Shown here: positions 25,401-38,100 of the stretch, in pieces
Position numbering within the stretch: position 1 is the stretch's first letter
Layout of the letters: each line of letters begins with the position of its first letter
Assembly (NCBI GenBank): GCA_965202585.1
Contig: OZ241832.1
Coordinates: 38,316,001 to 38,380,000, forward strand
From: Thalia democratica
Lineage: Eukaryota
DNA: 64,000 bases
Direction of reading: 5' to 3'
Translations under genes and position numbers: made by a program
Notes under the pieces: generated by a model
The model's input: the letters and a program-made list of their open reading frames with translations, nothing else
Told to the model about the DNA's origin: nothing
Databases searched by the model: none

Positions 25401-28400
25401 AAAAGGATGCCGGATGCAAAACAACTGCGTCTGACATAATTTCGAGCTCAGTGCAGCTCGATGGCTGTTTTGCAATTAAAACGGCGCAAAAGTGATAAAT
25501 GTGTTTGCGCTCAGCAGATAAGAGGCAAGGCTCAAGCCAGCCATAACTACAAATTGAATGTTTACTGCTGCAATGTTTATGTATGAGTTTTATCTGTGCA
25601 TCAACAACAACAAATGAGCAAAAGCCCATAAAAGCATAATAAATGTATGATAACAAAAAAACTATGATAAATATATGTTGACATCGTTATAAACTCAATA
25701 AATCATTTGTTTTGCATATGCGGACGTTGAAAACTTACATCATACACTAAAAAAAAAGCTTGATTTAATCGGTTACGCAAGTGTCAGTTCTTCAAATTTC
25801 GCTTCTTAAAACCAATACACTTTTCAATTTTCGTTCAACAGCGCAAATTAAAATCGACTACGACAAACGCACCACAGGAAGCCATCGCTTTCAAATTGCG
25901 AAGCCGCCACTTTGTCACCGCTGCAATGCCTCGAACCACTTTGTTTTTGCATCGCGAACGCACGAAGGGCAATTTGAAGCAATCGATGAGGTATTGGCGG
26001 AAGCTGTCTTTTATATCGCCTGCCTGTTGCTCCTGCAAAGTCGCATAATTGAAAACGCATGAGAAAATTGCTCGTAAACCTTCAATTACGCGCGAGTGCG
26101 AGCGCCCAGTGTGAAATCCGATCACAAAAAAAAAAGCGAAAGAAATCTGGCAATTTAGTTGAAACGCTATATTTTCAGGAGACTTTGCAAAAATTTAAAG
26201 TCTTACGTGCTTGAAAATCACGGTCATTAAGAACTGTCTTGTTTCGAAATGAACACTGAGTTGAAGAATTTTAGCTGGGTTGACCTCGAAAAAGTTTAAA
26301 AGTTTACACCAATGAAAATGATCGATGCATCTGAATACTAAAAATCAGCAGTTATTTTTGTGTAATAAATACAAAAAAGAAGGCACTGGTAATTTCAGTG
26401 TACAAGTGTTTAACTTGAGTCTAATCAAGCTGAAAGCGCTAAGAATTTAATTAAGTAAAAGGGGATTGGTTCGTTGTTTTCCCACAGATTAGCGCCAATA
26501 TACATCTGGATTATTGCTTTTTTTCTTACAAATCTTTCAGAAGTATGTAAATAGCTTAATTAATACTCATTATTCTTAAAAAAAATGTTGACAGCTTTAA
26601 AATTGTTATGTCATATCTTAAAACTATTAAGTAATTTTAAAATACTTTCTAAAGTGAAAACTACTTTAAGACAAAAAAAAATGTTTTCCGTCTTACAAAA
26701 AATCTTCTGTATAACTTTAGTTATCATAATGCCTAAAAACAAAAGGTTTAATTTGCACTCCTTAAGTATAAGTGACTTAAGTAAACTTCAAATTAATTAA
26801 ATTAATTTTACTTTTTCAATTGCATAAATATCTTTTTTCACAACACCAACTTAAATACAAAACCTTTTGAATTTAGAATAACGTTATATAATCACTTACG
26901 TCGAAATATTTTGTACATTTCTATAGTATTATTTAAAATTAAACTGAACAAAGTAAAATTAATCTGATTGAATTGAAGTAAAAAGTAATAATCCGATTTT
27001 TGGAAATAACTTCACTTTTATTAGTATTAAAAACATTTTTTCAATACTTTTTTTTTACAGATTGTGGAGGCAATTAAGTACCACAACTATTATTCAAGTG
27101 TTTGTTTTTTGACAGCCATGTCTATTGATAGATACTTTGCTGTAGTTCATGTAGTTAACTCAGTCAAATATAGAACAGCAAGAATGACTGCTTTTGTAAG
27201 TTAATGTTTATTAAAATATAACTACTTTTTTTGTGATGGTTATACTTTAATAAGTCAAATTTTTTTTAGGTTTGTTCAGCGATTTGGATTTTATCATTTA
27301 GCATGACAATTCCGCTTGTGATGAATATTATATTGGATGAAAGTAAGTATTTATTTTAAAAAATATTACAAAAAATTATATACCACTTTGATCATCAGAC
27401 TGTTATTCATGTTATAATTGTCGGAGTTGTATGATCAAACATTTATAATAACTTGAGCTTGTCTCACAGCATATGTCCAGGCTTTGGATCTGATAGACTA
27501 TCGCCGATGTTTTCTTTGATTAGACAAAACATCAGTATAAATTTGATTACCTACATCAGAAATTTTTTCTAAACGTGAAACATATTTTTAGTGATCTTTC
27601 TGAACGTTTTTTTAGATTGCTTTAGTTTTATAAAAAAAATCTATGAATTGAAAGTTTTATCTGTAAGAAACATCAGAAATTAGATGTTTAAAATATTTTA
27701 TTTAATTCCAATATGTAAATGTAGAGGTAAAGCTATTGAAAACAAAAGCATTTCAGGTTTTATATTAACTTCTTAAAATAAAGTAATAAATATAAAAAAA
27801 ATAAAGATATTATCAAGGTAGTGCTTTAGTTTAAATAAGTAATTCCATTATAATTTTTTAAAAGCTGGAAGATGCTCACTTAATTTCATTCAACCGTCCA
27901 ACTGGGAAAAGATTGATGTAGAAAAGCAAGACACAAGCTCGATATTAAAGCACTACAAAACTGATCCTGACACTTTGTCACCGGAAGACTGCCAAAAACT
28001 ACTTCAAAGTCATTTTGTGTACTATAAAGTCAATGAAACCGAATTCAAAAATGGTACATTTTTATTATATTATGTATTTAAATTGTTTAAGAGTTTAGTA
28101 ATTTCTTTGAAAAACATCAAGTTTTACATTTATATAGAAACTTAACGAAAAAACTAACTTTGGAAACTTTAGAAGTGTAAATGTTGCTTAATGCTTCTAT
28201 AGATAGTTAAGTTTAGCTTTGACTTTATGTAAATTTTAAACAATTAATAAAAAAACTTAAGTTTCATACAAACTCTGATTACAATTAAAGGATTAAAACA
28301 ATTTAAAGTGAATTAAAAACAACTTTTTTTTTTGATTTTTAAAATAAAAAACTGTTTTGGTTTGTTTCTCTTTGAAGGTGAATATTTTTTAACAAAGTTT

Positions 28401-31400
28401 TTAACCTGTAGTTAGTTTTACAATAAGGTACAACTTTTCAAAACACTTATAAGCACAAATAAACTCCTACAAAAAATATTTCAAGCTATTACTGAGAGCT
28501 AAATTAACAAGTGAAGAAAAAAACTTTTCAATCACACAGAAACGGTGCCGGACACCGCAAACAACCCGCTGGACTCATGCACGCAAACTTCCAACGACTT
28601 GTACAGAGCCTACATATGGTTCAGCTTCGCCTGCGGATTTTGCGTTCCGTTCATCGTCATTGTAATTTGCTACACGCTCATAATAATGAAAATTCTCAAG
28701 CCAAGCGAGCTAAAAGTTCGCTCGACACAGGTTAGAAATATTGTTGCTTTGTTTTTTTTTTTGTTTTTTTGTTTTGTATCCAAAACAGTTTTTTAAACAA
28801 GTTGTGCTGGTGTAAAGTAAAAAAAAATTCTAAGTTATAAATTGTTATGTCAAAAAGTTTTAAGTGAAAGAACTTTTTCAATGTAGTTTGTTTTCACTTA
28901 AACTATCAAGTGTAATTCAATGTTTGCTTTAAAATGTTAAGAAAATTTAAAAATATAAAATAAAAATAAACGTATTTCTACATGTATAAAGTCATGAAGT
29001 AAAAGTACATTAAAATGTATAAATATTATTACTTATGAATAACCACGTTAAGTTACTACAGAATTCTAAACTTGCACGTTAAGTTTGACAAATGATACAC
29101 AACAGACCATGTAATTCTTGAAATATATTTTGAATAATTACTTAGACATTAAAAAACTTATGTAACTACGGTTTAAAACTATTTTTGATTATTCAGAAAA
29201 AGATTTGACAGCTTTAATTCTTATCGTAGTACGATTTTATCAAGCGTAGTATTGACAGAGTTGGGAATAATTATAAAAAATGCGGAAAATTTAGTAAACA
29301 TTAAACAAAAGGCCTGCTTTTCTGGTGTTTGGTAGTTTTTTAAAACTTAATAAACAAGAATTTAAATTGAGCTCGTGATAAAAGCATTAGGTTATTTTAT
29401 TGAATCTTCAGGTAATAAACTTCAGCTTTAGTAAACACAATTTAACTTTCTAGGTTCTTTTGTTTTTACAAACTTATTACTCAGTAAAAAAAAAACAGAA
29501 CAGTTTTTGTTCTGAGCAATAATAAATTGCTTTGAAGTTTAAGTGTAAAGCAATTATATAAAATATTTCTGCATGCATTTGTTTTCATGAAACCAAAGCG
29601 ATGTCATAACGTTGCTTTCAAAGCGCAGAGATAGGTCAACCGTAAACAATTGTCAAAAAGTACGCAACAAGTTTTGCTATCCGATTAGAATTTTTATACG
29701 CTCACGCTTAATCGTAGCTTTTTGTATAAAATCTGAACTATAAAATTTCGTGTTTACTTATGTGAGATTACGTTTACTTAATGTTTCTGTGTTTCGTTTA
29801 AAAAACGATGTTATCCTTTGACAAATAGGTTTTTCGACTTTATAAGCTTTTTTTTTACCAACCAATTATGCTGTCAGATAAAACTAATAGATTAAAACAC
29901 TCACCTCTGCTATTAATAGAAACTAACTAACGCCAATCTGAAATAAGCTTTTTGTGACTAACTTTTCTGTCCGAACGTCGCAACAGGTGTGGCGAAAGTT
30001 ACCGGCATTCGAAAGCGAAGGAACAAAAAATCAAAGAAACGACCACCCGATAAAATTCTAACGCGATTATCGTCCTCATCTTTTGATCAAATCCAAAACC
30101 GAGAGCTTTTTCAAAGGCGAACGTGACAAGCTCTTAACAGACGGCCGACTTGACCGAACCATATTTTGTTTATTCACCACGAAACCCCATTAAAGCATGC
30201 TAAACCGATTAAATTTACATTACGGTATTGAGTTCAGTAGATTAACTTCTACAAATAACATTTAGGGTATTACGATAGCGGATCAGAAGTGTATAAACAG
30301 CATAAAATGTTTGTTTATTGAATGAAAGAAATATAAACTTTCATTTTTTTATGGTTCAGAGCTAGTAAAAATTTTAAGTTATATCCAGCCGTTTCTATCA
30401 TTTAAATTCAATTTATTTAATTAAAGCAATACTTTAGTAGTTAAGTAATAGGTTTTAACACTATCTTACTTTAGATGTGGTTTTGTTTACTGAAGTGTAA
30501 AATACTTTTTATATGTAGTTAGTTTTACTGTTTAAATAAATGATTTAACTAGTACCAAATACATTTCAGGAAAAATTATAACGTTTTTTTTTGTACCATC
30601 AAAGCTTAGAGTATAGTTTTTTTAAATGTTACAAACTCATAAAACTTATAGTTTAATTTATATATTTGTAAATAAAAATTGTGAAAATAAGAAAGCAAAA
30701 ATCAATGCACCAGGGTTTTATAACCTCATAAATTTGAACTTATTTGATTATTACCATTACTATGATTGTTTTAATGATTTCCGATTTAGAGAAAAATGAG
30801 CGTTCTAGTTTATAATAATAATAAAAGGCCCGCTACCAGCCGGGATGTAGTTTAGTTAATACAAAAAAAAAACTTTTTAGGCTGAAAGAAAGCGTAGAAA
30901 AGTTACGAGAATGGTAATTGCTATGGTGACGTGTTTTTTTATTTGTTGGTTGCCTTATCATGTTTTCCACCTTTTAAAACTGAGAGGAATCACACTGTAT
31001 GCAAGCTATTGTGAATTGATATCAGATGTAACATACATACTAGCCTTTACTAACAGGTAATAAAAAAGGTTTAAGTAGTAATAACATAAGTAGTAATAAT
31101 ATTTAAGTAGTGTTTGTTAAAAATTTTTTTTTTTTAATTTTTTGTTTTGATGAAAATTCCTTTCGTATTTAGTTTAAAAGTTTAAGTGTAAAGTAGTTTT
31201 TGTTAAAATTTTAAGCGTTTATGGTTTGAAAACTTCTTAACCTGTGTGAGAAACTAAAGCTTACAAAATAAACACGAACGAAAAACGACTATATAGTAAT
31301 TTTTAAAACTAAGTCACAACTATATTTTAACATAAATAAGTCTTTTAATCTTGAATTTGCAACCATGAAGAGCTTTATAAATTTAAATTGATTTTATCAA

Positions 31401-33088
31401 AAACTTTATTTTATACCAAGATAAACAATTATTTTTTTAATTTAATAGTTTCTTTAAGTATATACAAAGTTATATGTTTCAGCTGTATAAACCCTATACT
31501 GTACACTTTTCTTGGGCATAATTTCAAAGACAGACTAAGAAAAAGTATGACAATTACACTAAGAAGCTTATCATTATCTACATTTACTAAATACACATCA
31601 AACAACAACACTACAAGGTGAATAGTTTTATAAACATAGTCTTAAGCTGCAATGTGCAGTCTTCTGATCACTTTAAGTAAAAATTTTTATGAAAAAATTA
31701 TTGAAGTTTATAAAATACTTAAGCTCGAACAAAACTTAAATCATTTATATGTTGTTGATTGTTATACAGAGGCGGAATTTTTTGCACTGTTTTACTTATA
31801 TTTTTAATTTTATTTGATTTTACTTTTTTGTTTGATATCATAAAGAAAAAATAGTATGGAAACTACTAAGTTTCAAAATTATAGTTTTAATTATTTTCAT
31901 TTATTTTTTTTAAATAGTGTTTCACTCAAAAAATGAGACGTTACTTAATAATAAAACTTTTTTTATAAAATAGAATAAATCTTTATCTTTAAAGATAAAA
32001 GCTTTAAAAGTTGAAATATTATTAAAAGCTTATTTTTAAAAACTTTTAATTTTTTTTACAAAGGAAACAGTAAGTATAAATAACTTGTTTGTAAAGTTTT
32101 TTGTCTGCAATTGCATTAAACTCAGTTATTTTTTGCTGTAAGTATTAGCATGTAAACGTTGTGTAACAAATAGTTTTTGGTTTTATTTGGAATGATGCGA
32201 AAATACGCAGTGGGGTATTAATAGATGAAAATTGAATGCTGATAGAATTGAGGGCTTAAATTGAAGTTTTGCGGTAACTTGTAAGGGTATAATTAAATCA
32301 ACGAGTTTGTAATTATCAAACAATCTTAAACAGTCGAGGTGGAGATAGCAATCACCACAGAAACAGAAGATCTGAACAGCTTGACAACAAAAAATCCAGC
32401 AGTAAGGTAAGTTATCGTTGATAATTTGTGAACCAATTAGGTGTGTATAAACTAATTTAATACTATTACGACTTTCATTTAACTTTGAAGCCGGATTTTA
32501 GTTGTTTTGATACCCAGTAGTTTTTATAAAAGCTAAAAAGGTTTCTTAAAAGTTCAAGTTGCATTTTACACAACATATAAACTTAAAAGAAAATGTAAGT
32601 TTGTTATATGTTTTTAACATTGCATATCATTTGAAAATAATATAAGTTTGCTGCAGTCAAAAATATTTTTATTTTCGATCAGTATACCATATTCAACAAA
32701 ACATGAAAAAAAAATCTTCAATGTTTTAACATTTTAGTGTTAAGTCATTTATTAACAAGAAATTTAGTTAACTATCGTAAAACTGTAAAAGCTAAATGAG
32801 TTTAAAAAAATAAATATTTGTTACGTAATTATTTGCAAATTGTATATTTATAGTTTTTTATTCTCATAACATAAAAATTATGAAAATTTATGTTTTCCTC
32901 CCTTTTAATGAGCGTTTATGTAAAAAAAACAAATGTAATTAAAACCAGTTGAAAATTGTACACTTTAAAGTTTAAAGCAAAAACTCTGCTCAAAACTTTA
33001 CTTACTTACTTTTTTAAATTTAAAACAGAAAAGTAATAAAGGCTACGATCAATCAAAAAGATTACTCTCCGCTTCAAGCACAAAATAA
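22492..33088 (+). CDS. Class A (rhodopsin, gamma-group) peptide/chemoattractant-type GPCR, paralogue A; 10 exons, 488 aa
   Basis: Exons 22492-22764, 23522-23683, 27061-27195, 27270-27342, 27865-28053, 28540-28730, 30881-31056, 31483-31617, 32334-32406, 33029-33088 join in frame through GT-AG introns. Motifs [56 protein letters not shown]. Exons 9 and 10 are less certain than exons 1-8. Confidence 0.92.
23808..23846. repeat. (AATACT)n-type microsatellite
   Basis: AATACTAATACTAATATTAATCCTAATACTAATACTAATATTAATC. Confidence 0.8.
27383..27515 (+). mobile_element. Family H1 copy 3 (3' part only, with inverted 5' stub) in GPCR-A intron 4
   Basis: 27430-27515 aligns with 3748-3838 (TGATCAAAC..TTGAGCTTGTCT(C/A)ACAG..AGACT(A/T)TCGCCGATGTTTTC). 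27385-27400 is the reverse complement of GTCTGATGATCAA seen at 15846. Confidence 0.7.
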
Positions 33089-35146
33089 AGTAATGGTTTC
33101 ATAGAATCATCAAAAGACCAATTTTCCTCTGTCAGTTCGACTCATCTCTATGTGACACTTTCAATGTTGCAACCTTTCATGGTGCTAATCGTTTTACTTT
33201 ATATTTGCTGCTAGTTGTGTTATAAAATTCTTCTTGTGTAGTTTTATAAAAAAACATTTTGTAAAAATTTAATTGTGATTCTGTATTGGCTAACTACGCT
33301 CTAATTTTACTGGAAAATAAGAAAAGCATAAGCTATGAAAGATGTTATAAAATCAAAACTAATTGAATACTTTTATACTATAACAAACTGGTTTCTTACC
33401 ACTGTTTTTTGTTTTAAAGAAATTTACAGCCGAATAATTTTAGTTCAAACGTATGTTCAATTAGTGACAAAATTAATTCAACTTCGTTTTTTATTTGAAC
33501 TGCATTGTTTTTAATCGTTGCTAATAAAACCGAACTGTTTTTAGAATTTCACTTTCAGAAGCAAATTTACATAAGGTTGATTTAAAGCTTAGCATAAAAG
33601 ACTCAAGTTTAGAACGTTACAATTTTTATTTGCAAAACTAAATTATGAATTAAGAAACGCGTTAGTAATACGCAATTTTTTTTTTTGGTTCAGGGTCAAC
33701 AATAAAATGTTAGACCTTATATGAAATTTTCACTAGTTCCAACGATATTTTACACTGAAAAAAGACTTATTTAAAATTAAAATTAATTACAACCGAAAAA
33801 TCTTAAACCTTAAGTGGCTTAAGTTTTTATAAGCATTTAAAAAACTTTGAAGAAATTAAACAGGATTTTGTGTTCAACTTTTGTTAATCATTGTAAAAAA
33901 ACATACAGATTAAAAACAAAATTATATATTTTACTAAAAATTGTTCATTACGATAGCATAAGGTAAATTGTACGCTGGCTGGATTTATACTGAATTAGAA
34001 TTTAATTCGTCAGTACAAAAATATCTAAGACCAACACGAACAATTTGTTTTTGCAAATAATTGCTGCTTTACTTGAACTCACGCTATTCCTATAGTGCTA
34101 CATACTTTTATATTTAACGGCAAGACATATTTTTAAACAAGAGTTTAAACTTTTTTTTTTGTAAACAATATTTTGTTTAAAATTTGTCAAGGCTTATATT
34201 CTTACAGTAAAAACAAGTTTTAATAACAACAAACTAAATTAGGATGTTGAAAAAAAATATTTTTTTTTTATAATTTTATAATTTTGATGAAAATTTTAGG
34301 TATAAGGGTTAATTAGAAAACTTCTACTACAAATGCAGTCTAAAGTTTTACTTTGGTAAAAAAAAATAAACTGAGTATTTTTTTTGGTTATGTACAAACT
34401 TAAGTTCATAGTTTTCAACCTAAAGTTGTTTGTTAACATAACTGCCTAAAATATAAAATAACAAAGATTATGGGAAAATCTAAATAAATACTAAAAAAAA
34501 AGTAAACACGTTTGCAGATTTTAAAAACAAAACATACAACGTCAATTTAAATTTAATTTCAAAAACAAGATACCCAATTTAAAAAACAAATACGAGAAAT
34601 TGCATGAATTAAAACCGTTACCACATAAAGTAATGAATATTGTATCTTATTATTTTGTTAGTTGCTTAAACTTACTTATAAAATTTAACTACAATATTTA
34701 CCAAAACAAAATAAATTGATTTCATTTTCATCGTGTTTTACTTTATATTTTTATGTTATTTATAAATCGTCTTATGTGCAGTTTTGTAATAAGCTTTATT
34801 GAAATACCAAAACTTCAAAACATCTGAATAATGATATAATAAGTTAAAATTTAAAACAGCCTTAGTTGAACTTCATAACAAAACAATAAAAAGATTTTTT
34901 TATAAGAAGTTACCTTTGATGTACGAGCAAACATTTTTATCAACAAAAAAAATATTAAAAATGTTTTCTTTTGACTTATGAACTTTACAAAATGTTGTAA
35001 TAATATCTATAATAATACTAACCAACAAAAAAAAGTTAATGGTAGAAACTACAAAGAAATGCTTAAAATCAATTTCATATTTCAATGCCACACGGTATAT
35101 TAAACAGAACAAAAAAAAAACTTTTGGGTTCTTCTGGTGACAATTT

Positions 35147-38100
35147 TTAGACCAATTTCAGCTGGTCACTGTTTTTTATTTTCGTAAATTGATTGTTATG
35201 GTTGCTTTCACGCTCTTTGCTGTTTTTAATAGATTTTAATTGACTTTAATAGTTAGTCTCATAGAATTTTAAACTAAACACTTATATGTTTAAACTTTTT
35301 ATACGTAATAACTAAAAAATAATAGAAAACTTCTTAGACAAATAATAACACTTTTATAATAAATTTATACATTTTCTAGTCAACCTTTTAGGCTTTAAGC
35401 CTTTAAACTACCTTGTTACATTGTTGGTGTTTTTAGAAAACTTGGATATGGTTAAGTTTTTAAACGTTGTTTCCACACTTTTTTTCAAACGACCTTTGAA
35501 GTTTTGACCCATAAATGTGTAAAGTATAGGGTTAAGGCAGCTATAAAATATAATTAGAGGTTAAACATTGAAGTTAGGTATTCTGCTGAAATATTGTTTG
35601 ATTTCAACAGTTGTAACTTAAATTTAAAAATATTATAAACTATATTAGTACGTATTTTTTAAACAAATTTACAAAAAAGTTTGAATAAAAAAATAAAACT
35701 TTATTTTTCAAGATTTGAGGCCTTTATCTTCACTTTTAATATATTATTTGTTGTCTGTTTTTGTTACTGTCGTAATCTAGTTTACTATAAAAATCTCAAT
35801 AATACTAAATAGTATAAAATAAGTGTTTGATAAGTTATTTGGATTACTATTATGTTATTTGTTTTTCGTTTTTTGATTAAACAATAACCTACTATTGAAA
35901 ATGTTTAAACATTTAGTTTACTAAATTTTTTGGTTCTACTAACAAAAACTGTTTATTTGAATTTAATCTAAATAGAATGAATTCATCTTACTTTTTAGCA
36001 CTTATACTTTATGTTATAACTAAAAAATTTAAACATAACTCACTCATTTTCGAAAAAAGTTTGTTAATTAATTTCGTTTAGCTCTTCTTCAGAATAATAT
36101 TGCTAAAAACTATTAATATTATGATTTAAGTAATGTAGTATACATATTTAAATGTCATTGCGGAAATGACTACGTAGGTCAAACATCTCAACGTTTCCAC
36201 GTCAGGCGAGAGCAGCATGACACAAAAAAGCTTAAAAGGTTTATTTTTAATGACGACGTGAATTCAAAGGTGAACAGTCATCTATTCATCAGCACCTCCT
36301 CAACAACCCTGTTTGTGCCGAGAACTACCTGGATAATAGGTTCGAAATTCTATCCCGAGCTAGAAACACCTACGATCTTTCAGTTCTAGAACCTTTGTTT
36401 ATTAGAACTCGCGAGCCAAAAATTTGCAAACAAAGAGGTTTTTACAATTTAAAACTTTATAAATAGCGTATTTAGTAGTATTATTGTTGTTGTTTTTGTC
36501 GTATTTTTTAATGTGCTTTTTATTTTCTTTAGTTTTAGGTAAACATTTCTACTATTTAAAATGATTTTGTTTTAGCAATTTTGTCTTATAAATTACTTCA
36601 AATTAGCTCAGTACAACTCAATTCTATTTTTCAATTTTTTTCTAAACAGACTTTTATACTTCATGACGTAACTATTTTTAGCTAGACTTTTCAAATTCAT
36701 TGTATATAATTAAAATTACTCTATAATATTAATAGTTTTTAGCAATATTGTTCTGAAGAAGAGCTAAACGAAATTAATTAATACAGTAACCTCTCGCATC
36801 TTTACGCACTCGTGACGTTACGCACTCTCATTTAGTTACGCATTTTAGATTTCTAAAAAACTCAAAAAATTAAAGTTATAATTTTTTATAATATTGCGCA
36901 AATTACATTTATTGTATATTTTAATTTAATTTTTTTTTTAAATGCTTACTCACCCTCAATTTCCTTAGACTTTGTTAACTTATGTTCCTTGACTAAAAGA
37001 TAAACATTTAGTTATACCTCAGTATACCAGTAATTTTGTTAACAACAAGAGAATAAATTAAATTTCTAAAATAAATATGAATGTCTTTTATAATGAAATA
37101 ATGAGAAAATAAATCATAAATAAATAATACAGCTCTATTGCCCTATATATGAATAAACACCATTCCTTAATTGTAAACAAATGCCTAGTTTTAAATTGTA
37201 TTTGCTAAGTAGAATAGAATATAAATGTTAAGTATCAAATAAGTGACAAATAAATAACGATAAAGATAAAATCTACTTATTACTAAAGTTAGTAAAATTT
37301 TTCTACTAGTATTATTATTTTAAATAATTTCATGTCCTTCTTTTAATATATGTATAGTTTTATCATTTGTTTTCATATTTAAAAATAAAGTAAACAAGTT
37401 GTTAAAAGTTGAAAAGTCTCCAGTCTGCTTTTAACTAGAAGCAATATCAAAAAACAGCAATTATAGTAAGTATATTTGCTACCTCTCGTATCTTTACGAT
37501 CTCTCGTATCTTTACGCACTTTATCTGTGGACACAATGTGCGTAAATAAGCGAGAGGTTATTGTAAACTTTTTTCGAAAATGAGTGAGTTATGTTTAAAC
37601 TTTTCAGTTAAAACCAGTACCAAAACCAAACTATTCGAAAACTTTATGCTATATTAATAATTAAAAAAAAGAACTATTGTTGTTTAACTTAATGTTGCTT
37701 AACAAGAATTATCTAGATAACTTAAAGAACTATTTTTACTAAAAAGGTTTATCTTATATTTTTGAAATTAGATTTATTACTGAATAAAAAACTTTGATTA
37801 ATGTAAGCAAACAACAAGGTTTTATATAAAAATTTTTTCTTTAACAAACACAATAACACAGCTCGCAAATAATTTTTTTATAGTTTAGTTTTAGCCAGTG
37901 ATAAATGTACGCTGAGTAAAATTTCATATTCAATAATATGTATTATTTTTGAGTTAAATACCAAAATTTAACAAGCAATGCATAGAAAATCAATTATAGC
38001 TACAAATTTATTTATTTATTATTAAGTAACCTGTTAGTGAACGCAAGAATAAACGAAAAATCTTCGATAAACTTGCATAAGTTCAAGGTTATGTTGACGC

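Noticed and set aside
25354-26125. Four ORFs of 70-100 aa in GPCR-A intron 2
   Set aside because: They overlap on both strands, match no motif I recognise and are expected by chance in locally GC-rich DNA.
22492-33088. Assigning an SSTR, OPR or AGTR gene symbol to the GPCRs
   Set aside because: The features are mixed (Lys3.32, long ECL2, FPR-like helix 8), so orthology cannot be claimed without a phylogeny.
36950-37000. Exon-like segment on minus (TTTTAG|..GAGG|GTGAGT) in GPCR-B intron 7
   Set aside because: It lies inside the TA-flanked MITE and its open phase (1) does not fit the phase-2 intron.
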